Source of the DNA: Pristiophorus japonicus
Lineage: Eukaryota
DNA length: 64,000 nucleotides
Reading direction: 5' to 3'
NCBI RefSeq assembly: GCF_044704955.1
Contig: NC_091982.1
Location: 167,462,001-167,526,000 of the forward strand
Each line of letters opens with the position of its first letter. Within the stretch, counting starts at the first letter, position 1. The notes beneath the pieces are model-generated. The model did no database searches, had not been told where the DNA came from, and saw only the letters and a list, made by a program, of their open reading frames with translations. The position numbers and the translations under genes are program-made. Below are positions 12,278 to 24,635 of this stretch, one piece after another.

Positions 12278-14747
12278 AAGAAAGACTTGAAAGACTTGCT
12301 TTTATATAGCGGCTTTCACGACCACTGGACATCTCAAAGCACTTTACAGCCAATAAAATACTTTTTGAAGTGTAGTCACTGTTGTAATGTGAGAAATACG
12401 GCAGGCAATTTGCATACAGTAGGCTCCTACAAACAGCAATGTGTTAATGACCAGATAATCTCTTTTATAAACATAGAAAATAGGTGCAGGAGTAGGCCAT
12501 TCGGCCTGCACCACCATTCAATAAGATTATGGCTGATCATTCCTGCTTTTTCTCCATACCCCATGATCCCTTTAGCCGTAAGGGCCATAACTAACTCCCT
12601 CTTGAATATATCCAATGAACTGGCATCAACAACTCGCTGCGGCAGGGAATTCCACAGGTTAACAACTCTGAGTGAAGAAGTTTCTCCTCATCTCAGTCTG
12701 AAATGGCCTACCCCTTATCCTAATACTGTGTCCCCTGGTTCTGGACTTCCCCAACATCAGGAACACTCTTCCCGCACCCAACCTGTCCAGTCCCGTCAGA
12801 ATCTTATATGTTTCTGAGATCCCCTCTCATCCTTCTAAACTCTAGTGCATAAAGGTCCAGTCGATTAAATTTCTCCTCATATGTCAGTCCAGCCATCCCG
12901 GGAATCAGTCTGGTGAACCTTCGCTGCACTCCCTCAATAGCAAGAACGTCCTTCCTCAGATTAGGAGACCTAAACTGAACACAATATTCCAGGTGAGGTC
13001 GCAAAAAGGTCCTGTACAACTGCAGTAAGACCTCCCTGCTCCGATACTCAAATCCCCTAGCTATGAAGGCCAACATACCATTTGCTGCCTTCACCACCTG
13101 CTGTACCTGCATGCCAACTTTCAATGTCTGATGAACCATGACACCCAGGTCTCATTGCACCTCCCCTTTTCCTAATCTGCCGCCATTCAGATAATATTCT
13201 GTCTTCGTGTTTTTGGCACCAAAGTGCATAACCTCATATCCACATTATACTGCATCTGCCATGCATTTGCCCACTCGCCAAACTGTCCACGTCAACCTGC
13301 AGCCTCTTAGCGTCCTCCTCACAGCTCACACCGCCACCCAGTTTAGTGTCATCTGCAAACTTCGAGATATTACACTCTATTCCTTCATCTCAATCATTAA
13401 TGTATATTGTGAAGAGCTGGGGTCCCAGCACTGAGTCCTGTGGCACCCCACTAGTCACTGCCTGCCATTCTGAAAAGGACCCATTTATCCCGACTCTCTA
13501 CTTCCTGTCTGCCAACTAGTTCTCTATCCAATTCAGTACATCACCCCCAATATCATGTGCTTTGATTTTGCACACCATCTCTTGTGTGGGACCTTGTTCA
13601 AAGCCTTTTGAAAGTCAAAATAAACCACATCCACTGGCTCTCCCTTGTCCACTCTACTAGTTACATCCTCAAAAAATTCCAGAAGATTTGTCAAGCATGA
13701 TTTCCCTTTCATAAATCCATGCTGACTTGGACTGATCCTGTCACTGCTTTCCAAATGCTCTGCTATTTCATCTTTAATAATTTATTCCAACATTTTCCCC
13801 ACCACTGATGTCAGGCCTATAATTACCTGTTTTCTCTCTCCCTCCTTTTTTAAAAAGTGGGCTTACATTACCTACCCTCCAGTCCATAGGAACTGATCCA
13901 GAGTCAATAGACTGTTGGAAAATGATCACCAATGCATCCACTATTCCTATGGCCACTTCCTTAAATACTCTGGGATGCAGACTATCAGGGCCCGAGATTT
14001 ATTGGCCTTCAATCCCATCAATTTCCCTAACACAATTTCCCGCCTAATAAGGATATCCTTCAGTTCCTCCTTCTCACTAGACCCTCGGTCCTCTAGTACT
14101 TCCGGAAGTTTATTTGTGTCTTCCTTCATGAAGACAGAACCAAAGTATTTGTTCAACTGGTCTGCCATTTCTTTGTTCCCCATTATAAATTCACCTGAAT
14201 ATGACTGCAAGGGACCTACATTTGTCTTCACTAATCTTTTTCTCTTCACATATCTATAGAAGCGCTTGCAGTCAATTTTTACGTTCCCGGCTAGCTTCCT
14301 CTCATACTTTATTTTTCCCCTCCTAATTAAACCCTTTGTCCTCCTCTGCTGAATTCTAAATTTCTCCCAGTCCTCAGGTTTGCTGCTTTTTCTGGCCAAT
14401 TTATATGCCTCTTCCTTGGATTTAACACTATCCTTAATTTCCCTTGTTAGCCATAGTTGAGCCATGTTCCCTGTTTTATTTTTACTCCAGACCGGGATGT
14501 ACAATTGTTGAAGTTCATCCATGTGATCTTTAAATGTTTGCCATTGTCTATCCACCATCAACCCCCCAAGTATCATTTGCCAGTCTATTCTAGCCAATTC
14601 ACGTTTTTAAGTTGATATAGTGATAAATATTTTCCAGGACACCGTTGATAACTCCCCTGCTATTCTTCAAAATTGTGCCATGGGATCGTTTACATCCACC
14701 TGAGAAGGCAGATGGGGCTGCGGGTTAATGTCTCGACCAAAGACGGC
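12278..14747 (-). mobile_element. DeuSINE (SacSINE1/AmnSINE1-like) split into 12278-12466 and ~14607-14747
   Basis: Reverse complement matches the full SINE at 33738-34190. Confidence 0.8.
12469..14605 (-). mobile_element. CR1 LINE 3' part inserted into the DeuSINE
   Basis: Minus-strand ORF2 fragments 13947-14597, 13533-13754 and 12804-13139; CR1 tail at ~12469. Confidence 0.92.
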
Positions 14748-15442
14748 GACAGATGGAGTATAATGTGGTGAAATGTGAGGTTATTCACTTTTTGGTAGGA
14801 AGAATAGAAAAACAGAATATTTTTTAAATGGTGAGAATCAATTAAATATTGGTGTTCAGAGAAATGTAGGTGTCCTCGTAAAGTAAACATAGTGTTAACA
14901 TACAGGTACAACAAGCAATTAGCAAGACAAATGGCATGTTGACCTTTATTGCAATGGAGTAGAAGTATAAGCATAATGTAGTGTTGCTTCAATTGTACAG
15001 AGCTTTGGTGAGACCACACCGGGAGTACTGTGCACTGTATTGTTCTCCTTATCTGAGGAAGGATATATTGCCTGAGAGGCTGTGCATCAAAGATTCACTA
15101 GATTGATTCCTGGGATTAGAAGGTTGTCCTATGAGGAAAGATTGAGTAGATTGGGACTATACTCTCTGGAATTTAGAAGAATGAGAGGTGATCTCATTGA
15201 AACATATAAGATACTGAGGGGCATTGATGGGGTAGATGCTGAGAGCTTGTTTTCACTGGCTAGAGAACCAAGAACTAGGATAACAATTTCAGGAGAAGGG
15301 ATTGGTCATTTAAGACTGAGAATTTTTTTTCACTCAGAGGATTGTGTGTCTTTGGAATTCTCTTGTCCAAAGATGTTGAATCGTTGAGTATATTCAAGAC
15401 TGAGAGAGATAAATTTTTGAACTCCAAAAAAATAAAGATTTG

Positions 15443-16033
15443 GGGGCCGATTATCAGCTGCCCACCACCTGCTGCCACTGACTGCCGCCGAAATTCCTCC
15501 TCCAGATCCACCCACTGCCACTTTGGAGGTGGCCTGGAGTGGGTGGGCGGGGAGAGCGGCCGGGAACCACCTGCTGACATCAGCGGACGGCCAAGTGGTG
15601 CAACTGACCTCCCGCCCACCGAGCTCCCAAATTCCTGTGGGTGGGAGTCAGCTGCAGAACGGGGGTGGACCATAGGCTGGTCTGTCCCCTACGGTAAGTC
15701 TGAAGAACCTGAAGTAAAGGTAAGTGAACCTTTAAAAGAAAATTTAAACGGCAACTTACCTGCATGGGGTCCCCTGAAGGTCTTCGGATAGTTTTTGTAT
15801 TTTTTTATTTGTGATTTTTATCTTCAGTTTTTCGAACCTCCGTGGGCCCGACTCCATCCTCGGCGGTACTTGGGCAGCAAGCACCTCCTGGGAATACGAC
15901 CTCCCGCCCAGATTCGCGACGTACGTCTTCCATTTGCTGCCCGCCAACCTTCGAGGGACCTTCTTCATGAATATTGCGCCCAAAGTACCGTCCGGTACCT
16001 TGGCGGCCATTGGCCTGGCTGAAAATCGGCCCT
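15443..16033. mobile_element. Non-autonomous PIF/Harbinger-like MITE
   Basis: TIRs ggggccgattatcagc / gctgaaaatcggccct; TTG TSD at 15440-15442 and 16034-16036; inserted in a DeuSINE tail. Confidence 0.8.
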
Positions 16034-16305
16034 TTGGATTTATATAGTGTCTTGCCCGACCACCGGATGTCTCATAGTCCTTTACAACCAATGAAGTACT
16101 TTTGGAGTGCAGTCACTGTTGTAATGTAAGAAACATGGCAGACAATTTGTGCACAAGCAAGCTGCCACAAACAGCAATGTGAAAATGACCAAATAATCTG
16201 TTTTTTTGATTCAGGGATTATTATTGGCCAGGTCACCGGGGATAACTCCACTATACTTCTTTTACATCCACTTGAGGTAGCAGACGGGGCCTCGTTTTAA
16301 CTTAT
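16034..16305 (-). mobile_element. DeuSINE fragment
   Basis: Matches the reverse complement of ~33900-34190; paralogous copy at 47215-47515. Confidence 0.8.
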
Positions 16306-17796
16306 TCCATTGTCTTGTTCAATGGCAATCTCGAGTGGGCCGAATGGCTGACTTCTGTTACTACTACTTCTTATTTTCTGATGATTAGTGGAAGTTTCAA
16401 CATTGGTCAAATCCAAGGCATGAGATTTTCAGCTGGATAACTTGGGCCTTCACTCTTCTTATTTCTCTGTCTGTCTCTCCAGTTTAATCTTTTTCCTTCT
16501 CTTTCTCATACATTTTTCCTGTATGTCTCTTCTCCCTTTATTGTTAACCTGACTGTGGGATTTGCAAGTCTCTCCATAACGTTCTCTTTCTTCCTCTCAC
16601 TCTCCAACAAGAGAAATGCTTGGGAGTTACCATTATGGTCCACAGAGGCACGAGGGTGCAGGACTACAATCTCATGCTGAGACTCCTGCCGAGTGTGGGA
16701 GAGGTGTTGGAACGGAAAAGATCAGCATGATACAACTTTCCCCTATTGTACAGTAGAGAGCCCAGCAGGCCCTGCTGAACACATTTTGTGACTCAACTAG
16801 TGTTGTGGCAGGAAGCCGGTGACTGTTAGCGTGTATAAAATATCCACGGCATCATTTGACACCTACAGGAATCAATCCAGCCTCAAGCTCATAACCTCAG
16901 CCCACGCTCTCAACAAAGTTTCTTTCCCCGCTTTGCACCCAGCTTTGTGTTTGCTCACTTTTTCGCACAGTCAATTAACTCTCTTTATGGTTGTTAGGAA
17001 CTGTGACATACTGGGTGGGATTTCTGCAGGAGCAGGGTGTGTGTGAAGGGGGGCGGGGGGGGAATAGGTGGGATGGTGTTCTCCTCCTTTTTCATTTACT
17101 TTCTCTCATTCCCTTTTCCTCTATTTCCCTTTATCTCCATTACCCGCCGGTATCTTCAGCAGAAGGTTAGCAGAAACGCTGGAGAAATGGCATCACTGGC
17201 CATTGATGCTGTTTGTCTGTGTTCTCACCGATGGCTCACTAACGTTATGGCAAGTGATCGGGAAATTTCCCACCCTAATGTATTTAAACACAATACAATG
17301 TTTATCATCATCTTTACATATAACATAGTATAATTGAGATCTCAATTATCAATGAATTTCAATTTTTTTTTTCTGTAATCATTTTTGCCGGCTTTCTCAA
17401 CTATGGGGCCAACTTTTTTTCATACGATATACGTTTTCAGTAGTGGGATGCTGGGAAACGTCAGAAGTAGGAAGCTTGACTGATTTTGCTTTTTACTTCC
17501 TAGTCTGAGGCCGATGTCAGTACCCAACTGCCCCCACAAGCGTGTACATCTAATCCAGATTAGGAAAAATAATTCTTGAAAATAAACTTTTCAGTACTTG
17601 AGATAAAAAGAAATTGCAGCTCTTGCACATCCTCCGCCACTGTTCACCTTTTCACTGAAGTTTGATGAGGCGTTCACCCATTATCGCACTTTCTGCCTCA
17701 CACCAATTTATTTTTGTTCAGTTCTATTAGTTTGTTTTACATTCCAGCTGATAAAGGGATGATCCTTAAAACATTGTCATCTCTCTCTATTGGTAC

Positions 17797-18355
17797 TGTG
17801 GCTTTGTAAATGTAGATTCTTTTCTCTCAATCTGGTTCAGTAAAATTACTGAGTCGAATACCTCTTGTGCTTTGAACAAAGCAGTCTTTATTTTACCGGC
17901 CGGCAAGACCTATCAGACAGAAGATATACTCTCTCGATAGAGCGTACACACTCCCTACGGATAAGTGAAGTTCCATCGTAAAGCAACAACAGTTATACAG
18001 TTTTGAAAATAGATAACAAAATACAATTAGATTGACATTCTAACTCAGCCACTCATTAGTCAATCTATATGAGATGTTTTTACGAAAGCTCAAGCATTGC
18101 CTCTGAATGTTTCAATTTAGTGGTGTGACTACCAGCTGAGACCTTGCAATTCTGCAGATTTATCCATATATTCATTTCATGTTACAATTTATGTTATTGG
18201 CAGGATTAGTAACTTGAAATCTTGAGAAAGACTGTTCACTGTGCTGATGTTGCACTATTTGCAATCTGACATTCTCCCAGCTATTCTGCCATGGCTTTAT
18301 ACATCCAGTTTACTTTACTGTTCTTAATTCCATATATTCCGTTCAGATATCCACA
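17797..18355 (-). mobile_element. Solo-LTR-like insertion specific to unit A
   Basis: ~560 bp absent from the paralogous site (~34610); ends TGTGG...CCACA; minus-strand AATAAA near 17890; no clean TSD. Confidence 0.55.
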
Positions 18356-20546
18356 GCTTTACCAACATTGAATTAGTATCTGCAAAATGTAAGTAAACAG
18401 CTGCTAATTCTTATATTATCCATTGCCTTGAAAGTCTTGTCTAATCCACAAATCTAATCTGAACCACTTTCGGAGCACATCTAAACATTCCTCTCTTGTT
18501 CCCTTGTAGCTCCAAACACTGGGGATGGTGTCTGGATATGAGTTTGCCAGGCCAGAGAAAGTTGGACTTTCCACTGGGATTCTCCGACAAGAAATTACCT
18601 CAGCCTCTGGAGAAACAGCACCAACAACTAAGAACGCTATTTATTTGAGCTTTGGGGGGGGGGGGGGGGGGGGTTTCCTCGATCACGATCTGTGGTTACA
18701 GGAAATTGGGAGAACACCATTGAAATTTCGGGTACAAGTAACTCTGCATTAACCAGGGACTGGCCTTGGGACCGCTCCGGTCTACATAACTTCGTACCGC
18801 ATCACATGATCCATGCAACAACTGAACCGACAGCAAACACACGGTTTGAATTGGTTGCTCAGGAAAGTCTCAGTGGCTTATGTTTTAAAAGATGACGGCA
18901 TTATTACCCCCGTTAGTGTGAATGATGATACTGTCATCACAGAGCCTTGTTGTAGTAATACTGTAGAAACCACTTTGCAGTTTGTGCTGGTTAGAAAACA
19001 TGAGTAAATGGGAGGACTCACAGGAAATGCCCTTTTGTGACACTGTGTGGTGAAGTGACAGTACATGAGACTGAACTGTAGGTTTTTAACCAGAAGATAA
19101 TTTCTGTGCATCAAGTGACTGCCAGGGTTGAATAAAAATAACAATTGAAAGATAATTACATTTTTAATTATGAGGATGTTATTAGTACAATAAAGCACAA
19201 AATTACAACTTGTTTATTGTCTTTGGACATATTAATTATACTATTGGACTCTTTTTAGTTATATTCAATCACAGCTTAAGATTGTGACAAAAAATACTCC
19301 ACAAACCCAACTGTGAACAGAACAAATCAATTTATGAAGCAATTATCATGTGTTTGGACCAATTAGTATTTATATTTAAACGGGATAATTACAAGGCTGA
19401 TTTTTTTCACCTCATCACAGCTGCACTTTACACCAGTGAGCCCAAGGACTACAGGTGTAAAGGATCCCACAATTCCTTGCTTTGAGCCAGGGAAACAAAG
19501 GCAGCAGATTGGAGAATTCTGGCATTGTTACCTGGCAAGATGTTTCAGTATTGTCGCTGCCTCAAATCTCCTCAACTTCCAGCAGTCAGTGCTGTTCCTT
19601 CAGCCATGCTGATAGACAGTGCCAAATCTAGGAGAAGAAGTTTCGGAGTAAAAGTTCCTTCTCCCTGTCCACTCCCCTGTTGCTCCACCCTCCAAGGAGA
19701 TTTCCAAACAGATGAGAGCAAGCAGCCAGTTTGCCTTCCACTTAATTACATTTAATTTAAGTTTCCATTCAACAGAATTGTTTTATCACATGGAATCCCG
19801 ACACAATGGGTTGACTGAGAAAAATAATGGAACATGAGGTGCAAGTGTTACAAACCAGGCTGGTAATAGGGTATTAAAATTCTTTGGGGTATTTATGTAT
19901 ATATCGTTTAAGATTAAATGGAGCCATAAAAATTTAGGAAGTGAGTGGATTCCCAGCTTGGGTTACAGCAAAGGTTAAATATAGAACACAAAGTCAATCC
20001 ATTCTAGAAATTATAAATATATATATTTTAAAAACCTGAAACAGATGCAGGCAAATTACAAACAGAATAAATAATAGCATATGTCACCCTTTAAACCATA
20101 GTCCCTGGTGTGAGTGACATTAGTAAATACAGTTGGAAAAAAGTACCGTTGAAGATTAATTAAAAAAATCTGCGGCCATTTCTATGTGCTTCACAGTGCA
20201 AAGACTCAGTGAGTTACTGTGCATCATGTCATGAAAATAATCAGCATTGTTCTCTTCAATCAATTTAAAAGGCCACGGCCTTCATTCAATCTGTCTCCAA
20301 AATATATTAACAAAAATTAGTTTTCCCACCTGACAGTGAAGACAATTTAAATGCAAGATGTAGTAAAGGATCATTGTTTTGTTGACATATATCTATGGGC
20401 TAATATAGCTATAATTCCATGTTTTACATAGGACAGCTATAGTATGTTATATGGAAGTAAGTTACAATGTAATACATTTTACAAAATAGCACTTTGTAAA
20501 TACATGTCATTCATCATCAATCAGTAATTTAAACGGTTATCTCCTT

Positions 20547-20579
20547 TTTATTTTCGTTCACAAATTTAGTTTTTTTATT
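20547..20579 (-). terminator. Candidate polyadenylation signals of chemokine copy 1
   Basis: Two AATAAA on the minus strand (20547-20552, 20574-20579), ~570-600 nt after the stop codon; both conserved in copy 2. Confidence 0.5.
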
Positions 20580-21148
20580 AAATAAAAAAAAGGTTTGTCC
20601 TGCATCAGAAAGGCAAGAGGTTATTTTTAATAATTTAAAAAAAAATGTTTTGGCTGCGATACCCACCCCGGGAGTGACCTGGGAACACTTACTGTGTAGG
20701 CCCACACAGGCTGATGTCCCCAATTTCTGACACTGCAGATAGAGTCATGTCCCAGAACAGGTCATTGTCTTCAGGAGACTAGGTGAGAAAATTGTGTGGG
20801 GGAGCGGGAAAGATTCGAGTCTTGATCTGGTTCTCTCAGTGAGAAAGTACCAGTTGATCCTTGTCCATACAGATGCTGACGCACCCTATCAATATTTGTA
20901 GTATTAATAAAACCAAGTGAGTAAATCAGTGATGTGTAGAAGCAGCACCGACACTAAAGAACTAATTTGACTGATGGCGGTACAAAAACATTTAAATTGT
21001 ATGTTTGCACCTTCCTTGCATTTGTGAATGTTCTGATTACCAGGAAACTTGTAGGAAAGCAGACAAAAGAAAAATGATTTTTGAAAGCTTTCTTTGCTGT
21101 GTAGACAGTTGTGGTTTCCTCATTGGTCACAAACAATCCACATCATCT

Positions 21149-21245
21149 TCATCCCCTCTGCTTTTTTTGGGAAAGCTTTTCCACAAGTTTCTTCACTCGT
21201 TCATCCTTCGGATTGGAGCAAATCCATCTATCCTTCAGTCTGAAT
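21149..21245 (-). CDS. CC chemokine copy 1, exon 3
   Basis: Acceptor ttccttttcag; encodes (V)FRLKDRWICSNPKDERVKKLVEKLSQKKQRG*, including the 4th Cys; phase 2 matches exon 2. Confidence 0.95.
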
Positions 21246-21352
21246 CTGAAAAGGAACAGACTAGATTTATTTACAGGGATAACTATATATGAAACAGGCT
21301 GCCAATAAAAAGGTATTTAATGCCAGAGACGGATAGTGTTCTGAGTACTTAC

Positions 21353-21473
21353 ACCACCGCTTTAATCCTGCAGCGACCATCATTTTCCTGTATTTTATAA
21401 TCCTTGATTTTTTTGAAGTTAGGGACCGACTTTGAGTATTTCAGGCAGCAGCTCTTCGGTTGTCCAGTCGGAG
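21353..21473 (-). CDS. CC chemokine copy 1, exon 2
   Basis: Acceptor tttgctttccag, donor gtaagt; encodes (A)PTGQPKSCCLKYSKSVPNFKKIKDYKIQENDGRCRIKAV(V), with the CC motif and 3rd Cys. Confidence 0.95.
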
Positions 21474-24081
21474 CTGGAAAGCAAAAATAAAAGGCTTGTG
21501 ATTCACTGCTTTAAGGAAAGAAAGGGAAAATCCTGGAGTAAATAAATTAAGGTCAGACTGATGAGATGAACTTTTTTTTGTCCGCTGGCTGCAAGGGTCC
21601 TTTGTAAAAAACCAAATCCCAGTGAGCACAAGCCCGCAGCACAAAATTGCCCTCCTTCCGTGCTAAACTGACAATCTCACAGACCGCAGGAGGGCTGGTG
21701 TGGCACAGCAACATATCACATTGCTGCATTAGGGCGTATTCTTCTGAGGTTGAGGCACATTGCTGGAGTAGATTATAGGGAGGTTTAATTGTGCCTTACC
21801 TGACTGCTTGATACTGACATGGGGTCTCTGAAATGGTGTAATTTTCCAGTGCTAAATTTCCCTTACATTGACACAAATATTTTTAAAAAGCAGTTGTTAC
21901 TTTAATGAGCACTTGTGTAGATACCTAGGCTGCCTTGTCTTGTACTAAAAGCAGAATTTAAAAGAGGAAATATACACTGAACATCCTTATAATTTATCTG
22001 CAGTGTCTTCTGAACCAATAAAGATGTAAGACTTAATATACTGAGCATTAAACAGTAGGTTATTGACATCTTGTTGGCCAAAGTACGACCCATAATTAAA
22101 ACATCGCAACTGGGATTGTGCTCAGCTATAAAGAACGACCTTTAAAGTGGTTGTATGACAGGGGACGGTAGAAAAGTGGTTATGTTACTGGACCAGTAAT
22201 CCAGAGGCCTGGACAAATAATTCAGAGACGTGAGTTCAAGTCCCACCATGGCAGCTGGGGAATTTATATTCCGTTAATTAGATAAATCTGAAATAAAAAG
22301 CTAATATCAGTAATGGTGACGATGAAATTATCGGATTGTCATAAAAACCCATCTGGTTCACTAATGTCTTTTTAGGGAATGAAATCTACCATCCTTGCCT
22401 GGTCTGGCCTACATGTGACAGCAATGTGGTTGTCTTTTAACTGCACAGTGAAGTGGCCACTCAGTTGTTAAAAAAAAGGCTACAAAAATTCAATAAAACC
22501 GGACAGACCACCCAGCATCGACCTTGGAAATAACTACAGACACGACAACTGCCCATCCATTCAGTCGAACCTGCAAAGTCCTCCTCACAAATATCTGGGG
22601 AGTTGTGCCAAAGTTAAGGGAGCTGTCCCACAGACTAGTCAAGCAACAGCTTGACATAGTCATACTCACAGAATCATATACTTTTCAGCGAATATCCCAA
22701 AATCTTCCATCACTATCCCTGGGTATGTCCTGTCTCACCAGCGGGACAGAACCACCAGGGGTGGCAGCACAGTGGTATGCAGTCAGGAGGGAGTGGCCCT
22801 GGTAATCCTCAACATTGACTCCGGACCTCATGAAGTTTCAGGTCAAGCATGGGCAAGGAAACTTCCTGCTGATTACCACCCACCACCCTCCCTCAGCTGA
22901 TGAATCAGTACTCCTCCATGTTGAACACCACTTGGAAGAAGCACTGAGAGTAGCAAGGGCAAAGAATGTACTCTGGGTGGGGGAATTCAATGTCCATCAC
23001 CAAAAGTGGCTCGTTAACACCACTACTGACCGAGCTGGCCGAGCCCTGAAAGACATATCTGCCTGACTGGGCCTGCGACAGGTGGTGAGAAAAGCAATAC
23101 AAGGGAAAAACCTACTTGACCTCGTGCTCACCAATTTCCATGTCGCTGATGCATCTGTCCATGACAGCAGGGGTAGCAGTGACCACTGCACAGTAATTGT
23201 GGAGACGAAATCCTGTCTTCACACGGAGGACACTCTCCATTGTGTTGTGTGACAATATCACCATGCTAAATGGGATAGATTCAGAGCAGATCTAGCAGCT
23301 CAAAACTGGGCATCCATGAGGCGCTGTGGGCCATCAGCAGCAGCGGAATTGTATTCCACCACAATCTGTAACCTCATGGCCCGGCATATCTCTCACTCTG
23401 CCATTATCATCAAGCCAGTGGACCAACCCTGGTTCAATGAGAATATGCCAGGAGCAGCACCAGGCATAGCTAAAAAGGAAATGTCAATTTGGGAAAGCTG
23501 CAACACAGGACTAAAAAGCAGAAGCAACATGTTATGAACGGTGCTAAGCGATCCCACAATCAACAGATCAGATCAAAGCTCATGTCCTGCCACATCCAGT
23601 CCTGAATGGTGATGGACAATTAAATAACCAACGGAAGAAGGAGGCTCTGTGAATATCCCCATCCTCAATGATGACGGAGCCCAGCATGTGAGTGCAAAAG
23701 ACAAGGGCGAAACGATTGCAGCCATCTTCAGCCAGAAGTGCCATGTGGGTGATCCATATCGGCCTCCTCCTGAGGTTCTCACCATCACAGAAGCCAGTCT
23801 TTGACAAAAGAGCTGAATTCCAGAGGTGTGGAACGAGTGACTGCTCTTGACATCAAGGCACCATTTGACCAAGTGTTTCATAAATGAGCCCAAATAAAAT
23901 TAAAGTCAATGGGAATCAGGGGAAAACTTTCCACTGGCTGGAGTCATACCTAGCAAAAATTAAGATGGTTGTGTTGGTTGTAGGTCAATCATCACAGCCC
24001 CAGGACATCAATGCAGGAGTTCTTCAGGGCAGTGTCCTAGGCTCAATAATCTTCAGCTGCTTCATCAATGATCTTCCCTCT

Positions 24082-24333
24082 TGTAAAGTCCTGTCCCCTC
24101 AGTACAGATTCACACGAGGCATGTAGTGAAGTCAAGGTCACTCTGGACCTGCACCTTTATTTCACAGCTCTGGAATGCTGCACTTGCCTGAGACCTCTGC
24201 TTATATACCTCTCTCTTGCAAGTGCACCCCTGGTGGTAAGGTATGCTGGTGGTTACAGGTCATATCTTATTACAGTCATGTATAGCATGTTAGGATACAG
24301 TTATATATATATAATAATGTAAGATACATGACA
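24082..24333. mobile_element. Solo LTR
   Basis: TG...CA, 252 bp, perfect 5-bp TSD CCTCT (24077-24081 and 24334-24338), interrupting the LINE RT. Confidence 0.88.
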
Positions 24334-24635
24334 CCTCTATCATAAGATCATAAGTGAGTATGTTCGCTGGTGACTGCAGCACCAGGCATAGCTAAAAAGG
24401 AAGTACGAATTTGGAAAGCTGCAACACAGGACTACATGCATCTAAAAGGTAGAAGAAGCAAGCTATGAACAGAGCTAAGTGATCCCACAATCAACGGATC
24501 AGATCAAAGCTCAGTTCCATTCGCAACTCCTCAGATAATGAAACAGTCCATGCCCACATGCAGTAAGATCGGGACGACATTCAGGCTTGGGCTGATAAAT
24601 GGCAAGTAACATTCACGCCACACAAGTGCCAGGCA

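Larger units (their letters stand above)
11232..15428 (+). mobile_element. CR1 LINE ORF2 remnant interrupted by nested DeuSINE and CR1
   Basis: ORFs 11563-12090, 12065-12268 (KFADDT) and 15082-15387; host sequence resumes at ~14748. Confidence 0.9.

Noticed and set aside
16548-17260. Short ORFs recurring in all three units (e.g. 32654-32875, 47911-48129)
   Set aside because: Stops and indels differ between copies; similarity reflects the segmental duplication.
18813-19007. Plus-strand ORF with a CC pair (TEPCCSNTVE), also at 35031-35234, as a possible further chemokine exon
   Set aside because: No third Cys at chemokine spacing, stop soon after, no signal exon; retention is explained by the duplication.
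19532-19627. In-frame TGA in an exon-like segment (FGTVYQHG*RN...) suggesting selenocysteine or readthrough
   Set aside because: No recognisable protein family, no SECIS seen, and no evidence the segment is coding.
21902-22093. Hydrophobic minus-strand ORF as an alternative signal-peptide exon
   Set aside because: Not preserved as an ORF in unit B; 27082-27142 has the correct phase, a strong donor and an upstream TATA-like box.
22160-22255. Possible genuine tRNA gene
   Set aside because: Degenerate, no complete cloverleaf, and always attached to the LINE 5' end.
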